Shown: piece by piece, positions 1-12,972 of the stretch
How the letters are laid out: each line of letters opens with the position of its first letter
Position numbering within the stretch: the first letter of the stretch is position 1
NCBI GenBank assembly: GCA_964016885.1
Contig: OZ024744.1
Location: forward strand, 58,962,001-59,026,000
Reading direction: 5' to 3'
Length of the DNA: 64,000 nt
Source of the DNA: Eledone cirrhosa
Lineage: Eukaryota
The notes under the pieces: model-generated
Seen by the model: only the letters and a program-made list of their open reading frames with translations
The model's database searches: none
Told to the model about the DNA's origin: nothing
Translations under genes and position numbers: made by a program

Positions 1-657
1 GTGCTTTTTGCCGTGGCACCTCCACGACCACGTTGCAGTGGGGGGTGTGGGGGCATATTGTCTATATGCTTCAGCTTGTACCCATGGGAGGTCGGGTACT
101 CTGTATTACTGCGTGACGCCAGAGGTCACGGTCGTGTGTCATCGCCTTTGAGAGGTGTAATTGGGTAAGGTCGGCTTTTATCACCTCATCCCAGGTCATC
201 TTGGGTCTCCCCACTCCGCGGTTTCCATCGACTTCTAGTGCTCTGCACCTTTTTATGCAGCTGTCATCCTTCATACGCATCAAATGTCCATACCAACACA
301 ACCGCCTCTCCTGCACACAGCATTTGATTCCTCTTATGCTCAGTCTCTCTCTCAAATCATTTATGCTTTGTCGTTCGCGTATATTACTGTTACACATCCA
401 TTGGAGCATGCAGGCTTCGTTTCTCTCTAATCTACGTAAGTCTTCCACCTTCAGCGCCCAGGTCTCGCTACCATGCAACATCGCTGTTCGGATACACGCA
501 TCATACAGTCTGCCTTTCATTTTGAGGGAAAAGCCTTTTGCAGCTAGCAGTGGTAGTAGTTCCCTAAACTTCTTCCATCCCGTTCTTACCCTAGTTATTG
601 TACTTTCTGAACACCCACCTCCGCTGCTAATTCGGTCACCTAGGTAGCAGAAGCTGT
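1..657 (-). mobile_element. 5'-truncated RTE-clade LINE, 3' part (RT C-terminus and 3' UTR; runs off the window)
   Basis: ORF 71-520 (KGRLYDACIRTAMLHGSETW...RLCWYGHLMRM...GRPKMTWDEVIKADL) is a typical RTE C-terminus. The sequence is the near-identical reverse complement of 3229-3715. Confidence 0.93.
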
Positions 658-881
658 AACAACAACTATACTGATATATCTTCTATTGTGGAATCAGTCA
701 AAGGCAGACCTGTCAACACTCTCCGTCTTATGGGGAGATTTCCACGTTTTGGCTCATTTCTCTCTGTCTCCCAATTTTTATGAAAATGGGTATTTTGTGA
801 AAACAGGTTTCATTATATAAAATCTCCCCATTTAGCCTTATTTCTCCTCATTTTTGGACACTTTTTTTCATAGTACACCCT

Positions 882-3800
882 AGATGGAGAGGAGAGTCTG
901 CTAGAGTCCTTGTAGGAAAAAGTCAGTGCTACAAATTTTTCTGGGTGGGAAATGACGATGGGATGGGGGGTTTAAGTATTCTACTAGCTGACAAGTGGGT
1001 AGATAAAGTAATCTCAGTGAACAGGGTAAATGCAAGAATCATTAAACTCAGACTAGTCCTAAATAAAACAATTACCACAATAATATCAGCTTACGCACCC
1101 CAATCGGGGTTGCCAGACGAACTTATGGATAGGTTTTACGAGTCCCTAATGCACACTACTGCTCTAACAAACGACAATGACTTCCTAATCATTGCAGGAG
1201 ATTTTAACGGGCACGTAGGTAAACACTGTGACGGCTTCAATAGAGTCCATGGAGGCCATGGGCTTGGCACAAGAAATGAAGAAGGATTCAAACTTCTAGA
1301 ATTCTGCGACGCCAATGACATGTCGATATGTAACACAAACTTCAAAAAACCCGACAACCACCTGATCACCTATAAATCAGGGGAGCATTCTAGTCAGATA
1401 GATTTTATCCTCATCAGAGGACGTGACAGATGGACGGTCGTAACACAAAAGCCTTCCCTAGTGAGGAATGTACCTCCCAACATAGCTTAGTTGTCAGCAA
1501 CCTCACGGTCAGAACTAGACGAACCTGGAAACAGAGGCCAACCTGGAGAAGAAAGGTCTGGAAGCTGAAAAACCCCTCAGCCAGTAACAGATTTAAAGAT
1601 ATTTTACTCAACGCCTACGACAGTAAAGAAGAACAGATAGAAACATTCAATGTAGAAGAGCACTGGGAGTTCCTAAAAAATAACTTACTAGAGGCGACGG
1701 ATGAGATCTGTGGCTGGAGTAAGACCACAGGCAGGAGGAGAGTGACTTGGTGGTGGAACAATAAGGTAGATGAGGCAGTTAAGGCCAAGAGACAGGCATG
1801 GAAAGAATGGAAGAATGGCGGAAGCAGGGTACATTACATAGAGATCAGGAGGGAAGCTAGGCGACAAGTATACTTAGCTAGGAGGGAAGCAGAGGATAAA
1901 AAATTCAAGCATGTTTTGCAGCGTGAGGACGAGAAACAGGAGGTGTTCAGGATTGCAAGGCAGTGTGTCAGAGATAGTTGTGATGTCATTGGAGAGAAGT
2001 GTATCCGGAATGATAAAGGTGAGCTTGCCCTCACAAGTGCTGAGAAGAAAGATGCATGGAAAAGCCATTATGATAGATTACTAAATGAGGAGAATGCATG
2101 GGAAGAGAGACCCTACCCCAAGTAGACCCTATAGAGGGGCCAGCAGTACAAGTCAGCAGCAGCGTAGTAAGTAAGGCAATCAAAGATATGAAGATGGGGA
2201 AGGCAACCGGTCCATTGGGTATAGCTGCCGAGATGCTGAAGGCATCTGCGTCTGTAGGTAACACGATAACCACACGTATTGTTAACCAGGTAATACTAGA
2301 AGGTTTCATACCAAAAGATTGATGCAGTAGCATCATTGTCAACTACTACAAGGGTAAAGGTGATGCACTAGATAGAGGAAACTATAGAGGTATAAAGTTG
2401 ATGGACCAGGTCATGAAAGTAACAGAAAGAGTTATAGCAAAGTTGATTAGGGACCGGGTGAAAATAGACGAGATGCAATTTGGGTTTGTACCAGGAAGAG
2501 GCACCACTGATGCCCTCTTCCTTGTGAGGCAGTTACAGGAAAAGTACCTAGCTAAAAGTAAGCCACTCTACCTGGCATTCGTCGATCTCGAGAAAGTCTT
2601 TGACAGAGTTCCACATGCTATAATCTGGTGGGCTCTTAGAAAACTAGGAGTAATTGAATGGCTTGTGAAAGCTGTACAAGCCATGTATAGGGGAGCAGTC
2701 AGCAAAGTTAGGATTAGCAATGAGTATAGCGAGGAATTTAGTGTACAGGTTGGTGTCCACCAGGGCTCTGTTCTTAGCCCTCTCCTGTTCATCATAGTCC
2801 TGCAGGCAAAATGGAGGAGTTTAAGACCGGATGCCCATGGGAACTCCTGTATACAGATGACTTCGCACTTATAGCTGAATCTATGGTAGAACTAGAGAAG
2901 AAATTCTAAACTTGGAAGCAGGGACTAGAAAGAAAGGGTCTCAAAGTCAACATGACAAAGACTAAGGTCCTTGTAAGTAGACGAGAAAACAGAACCCAGA
3001 TCCCCTCAGGGAAATGGCCTTGCTCAGTATGTAGGAAAGGTGTAGGTAGGAACTCCATTCTCTGCCCCAAATGCAAACAATGGGTACACAAGAGATGTAG
3101 CGGGATCTCAGGAAGCTTAATTAAGAATGTAGGCTTCACATGTAGCAGCTGTGCTGGGACAGCAAGCTGCAAACAGCCACAGGAAACAAGTACCCCCAAT
3201 CTCTGGGAGGGCTCTGTAGAAACAGTAGACAACTTCTGCTACCTAGGTGACCGAATTAGCAGCGGAGGTGGGTGCTCATAAAGTACAATAACTAGGGTAA
3301 GAACGGGATGGAAGAAGTTTAGGGAACTACTACCACTGCTAGCTGCAAAAGGCTTCTCCCTCAGAATGAAAGGCAGACTGTATGATGCGTGTATCCGAAC
3401 AGCGATGTTGCATGGTAGTGAGACCTGGGCGCTGAAGGTGGAAGACTTACGTAGATTAGAGAGAAGCGAAGCCTGCATGCTCCGATGGATGTGTAACAGT
3501 AATATACGTGAACGGCAAAGCATAAATGAATTGAGAGAGAGACTGAGCATAAGAGGAATCAAATGCTGTGTGCAGGAGAGGCGGTTGCATTGGTATGGAC
3601 ATGTAATACAGAGTACCCGACCTCCCATGGCTACAAGCTGAAGCATATAGAGAATATGCCCCCATACCCTCCCACTGCAAAGTGGTTGTGGAGGTGCCAT
3701 GGCAAAAAAGCACCCAGCCCACACTGTAAAGTGGACGTGTAGGTGCCACGGAAAAAAGCACTCAGCACTCACTGTAAATGAGGTTGGTGTTAGGAAGGAC

Positions 3801-3949
3801 ATCCAGCTGTAGAAATCAAGCCAGGATCAGTTCCCGTACGAGCAAGACAAGGTCAGCCGACTGGACACTGCCCACAACAGGACAACCCGTCTAACCCATG
3901 CTAGTGTGGAAGAACAGACGTACAACGGTGATGATGATGATGTGATGAT
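882..3949 (+). mobile_element. RTE-clade LINE, 5'-truncated and pseudogenised (APE endonuclease, RT, PHD-like finger, 3' UTR, (GAT)n tail)
   Basis: APE motifs SAYAPQ, GDFNGHVG, SQIDFIL. RT motifs QFGFVPGRGTTDA, FVDLEKVFDRVP, GVHQGSVLSPLLF, LLYTDD, FCYLG. Frameshifts near 1440, 2105 and 2810, in-frame stops near 2320, 2907 and 3279. Ends in gatgatgatgatg. Confidence 0.95.
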
Positions 3950-4287
3950 ATCATCATCATCATCATCGTTTAATGTCCATTTTCCATGTTAGCATGGGTT
4001 GTCCCATTATAGGCAAGTTGGGTCAAGTGATCATGTCTTGCTCATATAGGACTGTTTCTGGCTTGATTTCTACAGCTGGATGCCCTTCCTAACACCAACC
4101 ACATTTACAGTGTGTGCTGGATATTTTTTGTCGTGACACCTACACGACCACTTTATAATGTGGGCTGGATGTTTTTGTGATACCAACAGTCAGCCAACCA
4201 GACACTGCCCACAACAGGACAACCCATCTAACCCATGCAAGCATGGAAGAACGGACGTAAAACAGTGATGATGATGTTGATGATGAC
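3950..4287. mobile_element. Two short RTE 3'-end fragments (3950-4180 minus, 4190-4287 plus)
   Basis: Both match the RTE 3' UTR (ggatgcccttcctaacaccaacc; ctaacccatgcaagcatggaagaacggacgt) and carry (CAT)n/(GAT)n tails. Confidence 0.8.
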
Positions 4288-4705
4288 CCTGTTTGGCTTT
4301 TTAGAGGTTGGCAAGTCTGCAACGGGGCCTGTAAACAGAACGCTTCTGCATACTACCAGACTGCTTTTCTGTCAGATTAGAAGATTAGAGGAGTTCTTTT
4401 TGGGTTTTTTTTGTATTTAGTCAGTACAAGAGATGTTCTTTCATACTAATTCTATGAATCAATAAGGATTAGCCCACACGTCGAATATAAAAGTATCTGG
4501 CAAGTCATCAATAATTAACAGCACAATAGAGAACAATTAAAAATGGTAACTAAACATTTCTAGCAGGACTGAAAGATATGTTCTCAATATATGTGAGAAA
4601 ACACCATCTGCTGCAGAATATCAGTATGAAGTCGTCTTTCCATTCATGCACACATACACACATTATATAGATGTATACACACACACATTATATATATAGA
4701 GAGAG

Positions 4706-5560
4706 TAAGGTTCTAGTAACTAGAAAGGAAAACAGGTCCCAGATCTCCTCAGGGCAATGGCCTTGCTCAGAGTGCAGAAAAGGAGCAAGTAGAAATTCCA
4801 TCCTATGCCACATATTCAAACTATAGGTATACAAAAAAAGAGGTAGAAGGATCTCAGGCAGGCAAGCAAAGAACATAGGCATGGTTAGTGCACAGGAGCA
4901 GTAAGAAGCAAGAATTCACAGGAAACAAGCTCCTTTAAATGCTCAGAAGGCTGCATAGAAGTAGTTGATAGTTTCTGTTACCTAAGGGATAAAATTGACA
5001 GTGGAAGTGGGTCTTCTGAAAGTACAGTGGCCAGAGTGAAAACGGGGTGGAAAAAGTTCAGGGAGCTACTACTGCTGCTAGCTACAAAAGGTTTTTTCCT
5101 CAAAATGAAGAGCAGACTGTCTGAAGCTTGAGTACACTCTCATCTGCTAAATATCCCATGCATCTAATCAATGTTGAACTTGCTTACCTGCTCACACCCC
5201 AGCCTTTCTACATCTCATCTGCCCAACCCATGAAAGCTGGACACGCTATGTCCCATAAAGCCATTGCCAATGACAAAAAGCACAAAGTCCATGCTAATCC
5301 GGTGCCACAACAACAGAAGTACCCAGTCCACCTGCTGGAGACATAACAACAAAAAGTACCTAATGTACTCTGTAAGGTGGTCCTGCTGGTGGCACGACAA
5401 AAAGCACCTAGTCCATCCTATAAGGTGGTCGTCTTGGTGGGACAACAAAAATCACGCAGTTCATCCTGTTTCAGTGCCATGATAAAAAGTACCTAAGTCA
5501 CACTGTAACCTGGTTGATGTTAGGAAGGGCATCCAGCAGTAGAAACCAAGCTAAACTATA
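4706..5560 (+). mobile_element. Older, degenerate RTE fragment (PHD/thumb region and 3' UTR with short tandem repeats)
   Basis: Translates to QISSGQWPCSECRKGASRNSILC and VDSFCYL, homologous to 2960-3380. The tail contains ggttgatgttaggaagggcatccagc. Confidence 0.8.
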
Positions 5561-5701
5561 AGATTTGTATCAGCATGAAGATGAATTTAATAAGATATAT
5601 ATGTGTGAGAATGTTAATATTTGTATTTGTGTATTGTGTATCAATAGAAGTCACCAGTGAAGCAATTTATAACATAAGAGGATGAGGTATTATGTTATAA
5701 G

Positions 5702-6324
5702 TATAGCAGCATGTAATATTCACCATTTTAATAGTATAGTATTAATTTTAGCAGCATGTTATATATAACCAGAATATGCAACAATAATGTATTCGTTTGT
5801 TTGTAATTGGAAAGGTATGATTTGTAATATCTTTGAATGTAAGTTGAATTGAGGTTCTACTGTAAGTCTCATAACCTGTTGCTCTGCTGTGAAAATAACT
5901 CTGGAAAGAATATTTCCATATCACATTTAAAGGCGATGTTGTGGTAAATGGCATCAAAAGACTTTACAACGTTTTTATATGATTTATTAACAAAGATTGC
6001 GAGAGGGGCTGCGTTAGCTGGGCTGGCATGCCAAAAGAAATGAAACAAACAAAATTAAGGCTCGAGAAGGTACGGTCAACTGGCCAGGCCTGTAGTGATG
6101 TTTTGTCATTACATATTGTTTATGCTTGAGGAACAAAATTAAGAGGCTGTTTACCTTTTGGGATGTCAAGCTGCAAGAGAAAGAGTTTATCGAAAAGAAG
6201 CAGGAATTTCTCCATTTGGGCGGAAGTTGAGATACATTTCCCTACGCTGGTAGCGATTGGCTGAACTCAGCCAAACAATGCACGGAAAGGGTATCAATGT
6301 GCCAAAGGAAAGTAGCTTGCTATA
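5702..6324 (-). mobile_element. Probable solo LTR distantly related to the LTRs at 55024 and 56841
   Basis: Shares collinear blocks with those LTRs (tagcagcat; tgtttacctttt; ggaattt; gagatacatt; gattggctga.ct.agccaaa). Terminal inverted repeat TATAGCA...TGCTATA. Confidence 0.55.
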
Positions 6325-6510
6325 AGCATGATATAATGGTCTCTGGACCTGACTTGTTTCATAACATGACAACCTATTTAACGCATGCAAGTATGGAAAA
6401 ATAAATGTTAAACGATGATGATCATGATATATAAATATATGTATATACACACACACAAAGATATATATATTTAAATAAATAAATATATATATATATATTT
6501 CTCATTCTAT

Positions 6511-6545
6511 TTTCTGATGAAGGACTAGCATCTGAAACGCTAAGA
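6511..6545 (+). ncRNA. Degenerate minimal hammerhead ribozyme motif (PLE/retrozyme remnant)
   Basis: CTGATGA-aggactagcatct-GAAAC-gc-TA, immediately after a (TA)n run. Confidence 0.45.
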
Positions 6546-6653
6546 CTCTTTTATATATCAAGCGTAAAACTAATAATATATTTCTTCATTGTACTGTCAT
6601 TTTCTTTGTTATTTCTGTTTGCCTTTTGTATACACACACACCCACTCTCACAT

Positions 6654-6691
<38 letters not shown>

Positions 6692-6692
<1 letters not shown>

Positions 6693-6889
6693 AGTGGTTA
6701 CACAACAGTTAGTTCACCATTCCGAGAACAATTGTTTCACCTTAGCGGATACTCAGCTGAGGATCCGCTAAGGTGAAACAATTGTTCTTGGTATGGTGAA
6801 CTAACTGTTGTGTAACCACTTCTACCTAACTCGTCCCATGGACTGAATGTTCTACCACTACGGATATTACCTTCCAGTGTTCTACCACT
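6692..6889. mobile_element. Small inverted-repeat insertion in (TA)n: 130-bp loopless palindrome (6692-6821) plus a tail; probable PLE pseudo-LTR remnant
   Basis: Arms are symmetric about cagctg (6754-6759). Contains CTGAGGA...GAAACAATTGTT. (TA)n lies on both sides. Confidence 0.6.
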
Positions 6890-7079
6890 ATATATATATA
6901 TATATAAATCAGCATACAGAGAGAAGTACACATATGTGTTCAATCAAAGGGGATCAAAAACTTTTGAGTATGTCCAGTTGTTATAGTTATTATTGGATGG
7001 TTAGTACACTTTAATTTATTTTTTTTATTGATTTGTATTCACCTTTCCTTTCGTAGACAATAAGTTCATCTCTCTGGTG

Positions 7080-7440
7080 GTTTTTGATCTCCTATGATTG
7101 AACATGTATCTTTTATGTGTACTACTCTCTATATGCTGATTTATAAAGAGCCCAGAATCTATTCATACCCCTCACACCCTCTTGTAACAAGTTCCAGCCC
7201 CAGACTGATGTTAAGCACTTTCTGTATTGCATAAAACTCTGTATCTTCTTCCAAGGGTCCCTGATTTATTGATGCTATTCATCTTCAGAGTAAAGTGCCT
7301 GTTTGTCCAATATAATGTTCATGACAACCTTTACATGTCATAATGTATATTAGATTCATCAAGTTGTAAGAGAAGTCATTTTTGATTTTAAAGATGGGAC
7401 AGATTCTGCCAAATTTCGATGTTTTCCCATTCTACTACCA
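7080..7440 (-). pseudogene. Degenerate Penelope-like (Neptune-type) GIY-YIG endonuclease fragment
   Basis: Minus-strand translation KIKNDFSYNLMNLIYIMTCKGCHEHYIGQTGTLL*R* fits the LIY..CxxC..YIGQT pattern. Confidence 0.75.
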
Positions 7441-8007
7441 ATATAGCGAAAATTTTACTCAGGAAAAACGTATTAACAAGAAAAATTTTTTATTAACAAG
7501 TAAATTCAAGCCAAAACTAAATTTTGTACACAGTATAAACATTTCTTTTGATTAAAAGAAAAGTCTGAATTACGTCCCTTGAAATGAATCATATTCTCCT
7601 CAATATAAGCGACAAAGATAAAACCAGTTGTGTCTCTTGTGTTCAGCAAAAACATAAGAGGCCAACCATGTGGGCTGAAACAGAAATGAAAAACATTCTT
7701 TTTGAAAAGGCTGTAAATACAGTTGTAACTGGTAAAAGTAAACAACAAATATAAAAGATATATATATCATCAAATTACTTGGTACATTACATAACCAAAA
7801 GGTTAGTCATTGCATTTTCCAAACCCTGTAATTTGTAAAGAAATCCCTAACATTTTAATTTTCTCAATATATAATTGTGTATATGCACACATTCATTTAT
7901 TAATAACTGCTCTAAGTAGCACGGTGTTAATAGTTTTAAGTTAGTGCTAGGAAAAAATATAAAAGAGAGAAGAAACAGTATTAGTCATTGACTAAAATAA
8001 TATCGGC

Positions 8008-8818
8008 ACTTCATCTAAGTCCACTTATTCCTGGGAGAGTTATGGAGGCAGAGTCTTCAGACATGCTTTTCAGTGGGTCCTGTTAGTAGCAACCATCTCC
8101 AACTGGATCCTCCAAGCTAGACCAGCCAAGCTCATAAATGTTATCCAAACATCTTGCTCGGAGTCTACACCTTTGCCTGTAAAATCTGTCCAACAATTCT
8201 TTAGACATTCTAGCTATATATCTGTAGTATTGTAACTCTGACCTCTAAATGTGGAGAAGTTGTGGCTCTACCTAGAGCGATTTCCTGATCTCTGAGTTAT
8301 GCATTTCACATTGAGTAACAAACATTATTCCAAAGACCCATTGGAGGAACCCCATTTCAGTCGCTTGTACTTGCGATTGTATTCTTTCTCCTACCTTCCT
8401 CAATCGTGAACATGGCCCTACGATACTTGAACTTCTCCACCAAATTCAGTGTAACCTCACTCACATGCGAAGCACTGTATGGGAGTACGTGTCTCTGTTT
8501 TTGAAGCACTGATTTTCATTCTTGTAGTGCAGAACTTAGCATCAAATCTATCAAGTGAATGTCAGAGATCACCTTCTGATGAGTTAAGTAATACCATGTC
8601 GTCCACAAATTCCAGCTGACTCATCCCATACCTGTCAGCTATAATACCACTTCCAACCCAGCTGCATATGTCAATCCTGTCTATGATGATTATGAACAGG
8701 AGAAGTGATAGTATACACCCTTGACGGAGTCTGACACCCACATTGAGTGATTTTGACATAGCATTATTTATCCGAAAACACTTCTTCACAAACACTAGGA
8801 CACTTGTATAGGGACTTC
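8008..8818 (-). mobile_element. Degenerate RTE-like LINE of a second family, RT to 3' end
   Basis: ORF 8562-8795 contains VGVRLRQGCILSLLLF and QLEFVDDMVLL (RT motifs B' and C). Confidence 0.8.
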
Positions 8819-9045
8819 AAGGAAACAAGAAGTGATTGGAAGGAATGACAACCTCAATCTAAATGCAGACAAAGAGGCCTTATCAGACTTCTGTTCTAGT
8901 AATGGGCTCTCTATTACGAACACTTTTTCCATCACAACAAGTCAGTAATTGATATTTTTATCATCTCAGATCTCTTAAATTCTATATTAAGAAGGGACTG
9001 AGTTGTCAACTGATCACCATCTAGTTATATGTAACTTGAGACTAC
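8819..9045 (+). mobile_element. APE endonuclease fragment inverted relative to the adjacent RT fragment
   Basis: Translates to VIGRND.NLNADKEALSDFCSSNGLSITNTF and ELSTDHHLVICNLR. Confidence 0.7.
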
Positions 9046-9419
9046 CTATTTTTGAGTCTTTTGGCAAAATACATCCAACAACTTTGGACATATTTCAGCT
9101 TTAGATCTTCACAATAAAACAGCCATCACCATGCTTACTGTTGTAGTGATGGGAGAATCACTATGTAGATGAACAATATTGTATAACACTTCATTTATTG
9201 GCCTACAAAATTTTTTTTTTTTTAAAAGAATTACTTTTAGATGCCATCTGTATGAAAAAACAATAGTTAAGATATTGTTATATGTAATTCAGAGAATGGT
9301 AGATAGCTAACTATAAAAAAAGGGTATCCCTGTACTGTCCCCCACAATTAACATCTTTCCTTCTGTAAATTCTTGTCCTACTCAAGAGCAATTTTAGATT
9401 TAGAACCAAATGAAACATA

Positions 9420-9610
9420 ATTTAGATACAAGGCTAGCAATTTGAGTGGGGTTGGAGGAGGAATTAACTAAATTGACTACATGACTGGTAGTTTATTTTA
9501 TCAACACCCATAGGAAGGATAAAAATCAAAGTTGACTTTGGCAGAATTTGAACTCAGAAGGTAAAAACCAAAGCATTTTGTCCAATGTTCTAACAATTTT
9601 ACCAATCTGA
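9420..9610 (-). mobile_element. Degenerate tRNA-derived Meta-type SINE
   Basis: Homologous to the copies at 19192-19806 (aaggataaaaatcaaagttgactttggcagaatttgaactcagaa). Confidence 0.7.
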
Positions 9611-9749
9611 GTAAGTCAATGGCTGCAAGGATGCATCAAGTCCACACAATAAAAGTCACATGGAGCACAATGACCATTCTTATATAGAACTTCACATTCA
9701 CCAGCTTCAAGCAAGGCTACACCTTTATGCCATCTGTTTTCTATTGGGC

Positions 9750-9910
9750 ATTGGCATAGCTGAGTGATTAGGAAGTTCACCTTGAAATTGTGAGTTTCTG
9801 GATTTGATACTATTATGTAGCATCTTGGGCAAGTATCTTTACTATAGCCTAGGGTTGATCCAAACCTTGTGAGTGAAATTTGGTAAACAGAAATTGTGCT
9901 GAAGCCTGTC
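9750..9910 (+). mobile_element. tRNA-derived CORE-like SINE (related copies near 20020-20170, 49670-49920 and 54690-54890, all minus)
   Basis: A-box-like tagctgagtg, CORE-like cttgggcaagtatcttt, body ccttgtgagtgaaatttggta. Confidence 0.65.
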
Positions 9911-10519
9911 AGGTTTATTGTGCCTGTAAGTCAATGGTTCAGCTTTGTCAGATACTGTGTCATGATGATTCAGCTTAAGAATTATGCTAAGGGTGCATGT
10001 ATCTGTGGAATACTCAGCCACTTATATTATAATGCAAGATGGACTGTAGCTGTAATTCAAAGGTACAGCCTTGTCACACATGTTATGTTGTTTCTGTCTG
10101 AGAATTTTGGTAAGGATATACATCTCTGGAATACTCAGCCACTTACACTTTAATACAAGATGAACTGCACTTGTAATTCAAAGGTACATTCCTCTCACAC
10201 ATCGTGTTGTAATTTCTACCTGAGAATTACATTCTGGGTTATATGTATCTGGAATATTAAATCACTTGCTTGTTAATTCCTGAAGTGTATGTTTGATAAA
10301 TTGAACAACTGAATGCTCATCACCAAAACTAATGGAAGATCTGCCATCTTGACATGAGGCACCCAAATATAAATCTTTACTTTTAAATTGACGGCAACCT
10401 ATGTACATCTAATAAGAATTACCTGACTTTTCAAACATTCAGATATGTTAGTACACACAATAAATAAACAACTGTTATGAGACGAGTCAAATCTGGGGAC
10501 CAACATGCTTATATAAATC

Positions 10520-11870
10520 TGTATTTTGACTAGGTTTCTACAACGGGATGTTCTTCCTAACACCAATCACACAACAGTGCAAACTGGGTGCTTTTTGTTG
10601 TCATCAGCATGACAACCTTAGTGTGGATTAGGTTCTTTTTCTTGTGTCACCAATACACAACCTTACTGGATGGACTGAGTGCTTTTGTTGTTGTGGCACT
10701 GGATCAGCATACAGGGTGGTATTAGTACTTTTGTTGTGATAATGGCACTGTGGGAGATCAGATGTAGAGCGTGACCAGCTTTCATGTTGTATGCATGGGT
10801 TGGGCAGGCAAGGTGTATCAGGAGTGAGGGTTTGGAGGGCATAGGTAAGCAAGTTTGCGTGGGACATTTAGCTGGTGAAAGAGAGAGAAGATTGGTGTAG
10901 ACTAGTATGTCCTCGTCAGATCTTCTGCAGTACAGCATGACACCAGAGAACTCAATCCTGTGTTATCTCCTTTGTGAGGTTTAATTGGGCAAGGTCAGTT
11001 TTTATTACTTCATCACCCAAACATTCCTAGGTCTTTCTCTTCCATAGTTAAGGTCAACATTGAGTGCCCTGCACCTTTTTATACAGCTGTCATCCTCCAT
11101 AAACATCACATGTCCAAACCACCACAATCTCCTCTCCTATATACTTCATCTTACCCCCCTCTTTTGACTAGTTTCTCTCTCAGCTCATTGATGCTTTGTC
11201 ATTCATACACACTACTATTGCACATTCATAGAACAATGCAAGCTTCATTTCTTGCTAATCTTTCTAGGTCCTCTGTATATATTTCCCAGGTCTCACATCC
11301 ATGCAGCATTGCTGTTCATATACAAACGTTATACAATCTGCTTTTTATTTTCAGGGAAAAACCTTTTGTAGCTAACAGTGATAGAAGTTCACTGAATTTT
11401 ATCCCTCCCATTCTCACTCTGGTTACTATACTTTCAGAACACCCACCTTTGCTGCTAATTTGGTCACCTAGGTAACAGAAACTATCAACAACTTCTATGA
11501 AGTCCTCTGGGCATTTAAAGGAGCTAGTTTTCTGTGAGCTCTTGCTACTTACTGCTCCAGAAAAATCTACATTCTTTGCTAGCCTGCCTGAAATCCCACT
11601 ACATCTTTTGTGTACCCAAAGTTTGCATTTAGAATATTGGATAGAATTTCTACTTGCTCCTTTCCTGCACACCAAGCAAGGCCATTGTCATGAGGGGATC
11701 TGGGACCTGTTATCCTTTTTACTTCCTAGGAATTTAGTCTTTGCCAAGTTAACTTTAGTACTTTTTTTATTCTAGGTTTGGCCTTCCCTAATTCTGTCAT
11801 AGATACAACTATAAGGGTTAAATCATCTGCATACAGGGGTTCCCATGGATAACCAGTCTTAAACTTTTCT
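10520..11870 (-). mobile_element. Degenerate RTE LINE 3' half, older relative of 882-3949
   Basis: ORF 11316-11675 VCRKGASRNSIQYSKCKLWVHKRCSG...VDSFCYLGDQISSKGGCSES, with the 3' UTR motif at about 10550. Confidence 0.88.
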
Positions 11871-12775
11871 GATAATGAAAAAAACAAAACAAACTTCTAT
11901 CATAATAATCTTATGTAAGAACATTTATGTTCTAAATACCAGCTTAATAGTAAGGTTATTTCACTAAATCTCTTCAAATTCTTGAACATTTCTTTAACCC
12001 CTTTAATATCAAACCATTTGAAACTACCCTTGGTTCAGCAATACAAACCTGTTTTTTTTTAAATGTTTATATTTATCTAAAAACCTATGATTTGTGTTCC
12101 AAATACCATCTTAATAGAAAAGTTTGTTATATTACTTAATCCCTCAAAATTCTTGATTTTTAAATTTATTCCATTCTTTTGTTATGTTCCAAACACCAAC
12201 TTGACACCAAAATTCCTCCAAAAAATAATTTGAAAATCAGTTTATTTTTTTTAAAGTTAGAAATACAGAATTGGGAGGTTACTTAGGTTTTCCATCATCA
12301 GATGAGATTGTACATTATTAATACCAAGACATGTCCTAATGGTTAGGATATTAGATTCACAATCATAAAGGTCATAGGTTCAATTCCTGTGCCAGGAAGT
12401 ACATTTTGTTCTTCAGCAAGATACTTCATTTCACATCGCTTTCACAATAGGACAGGGCTCACCTATCATTAAATCAAATATTATGTGATGTAACCTTGTA
12501 GGAAGCCAGCTAAATCTGAATAAGTGGGAGCTGTAAATTACATTTTTTCAACAAAATTCTGTTATTAGAAGGTCATCCAAGTAACTAACTACATTGTTCA
12601 GGTTGTAGTTGTGTATATGTTTATGGTTGTGTCTTTGCTAGTGTTTATACTCTGTAACTTGGTGTTTCAACAAAAAAAGAAAGATATCAATAAATTAAGT
12701 ACCAAACTTGAACAGGAAAATGAGCAGAGGTTCCTATCATTGACTATATCCCTTCAACATAGTGCTCCAGCTTAA

Positions 12776-12972
12776 CCCTTTAGCATTTAAACCAACTGTA
12801 TCTGGCCAGAATTCTCCCACCTCTTTTGGTTCAAACTGGCTGATCATACTGATATTAAGGTATTGTTCTCAAAATAAATAATATCAAAATCTCATAGATT
12901 CGATATTATGTAAGGTAAAGCCTTTACTGTGAAAATACAATAGTAAATATAGAGTAATGTAAATGGTAAAGG
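12776..12972 (+). mobile_element. piggyBac-type MITE (family A) inserted into a SINE tail
   Basis: TTAA|CCCTTTAGCATTTA...TAAATGGTAAAGG|TTGA. Homologous to 47320, 48751, 50738 and 52738. Confidence 0.8.

Noticed and set aside
201-647. Plus-strand ORF (and its counterpart 3239-3802 minus)
   Set aside because: Antisense shadow of the RTE coding sequence.
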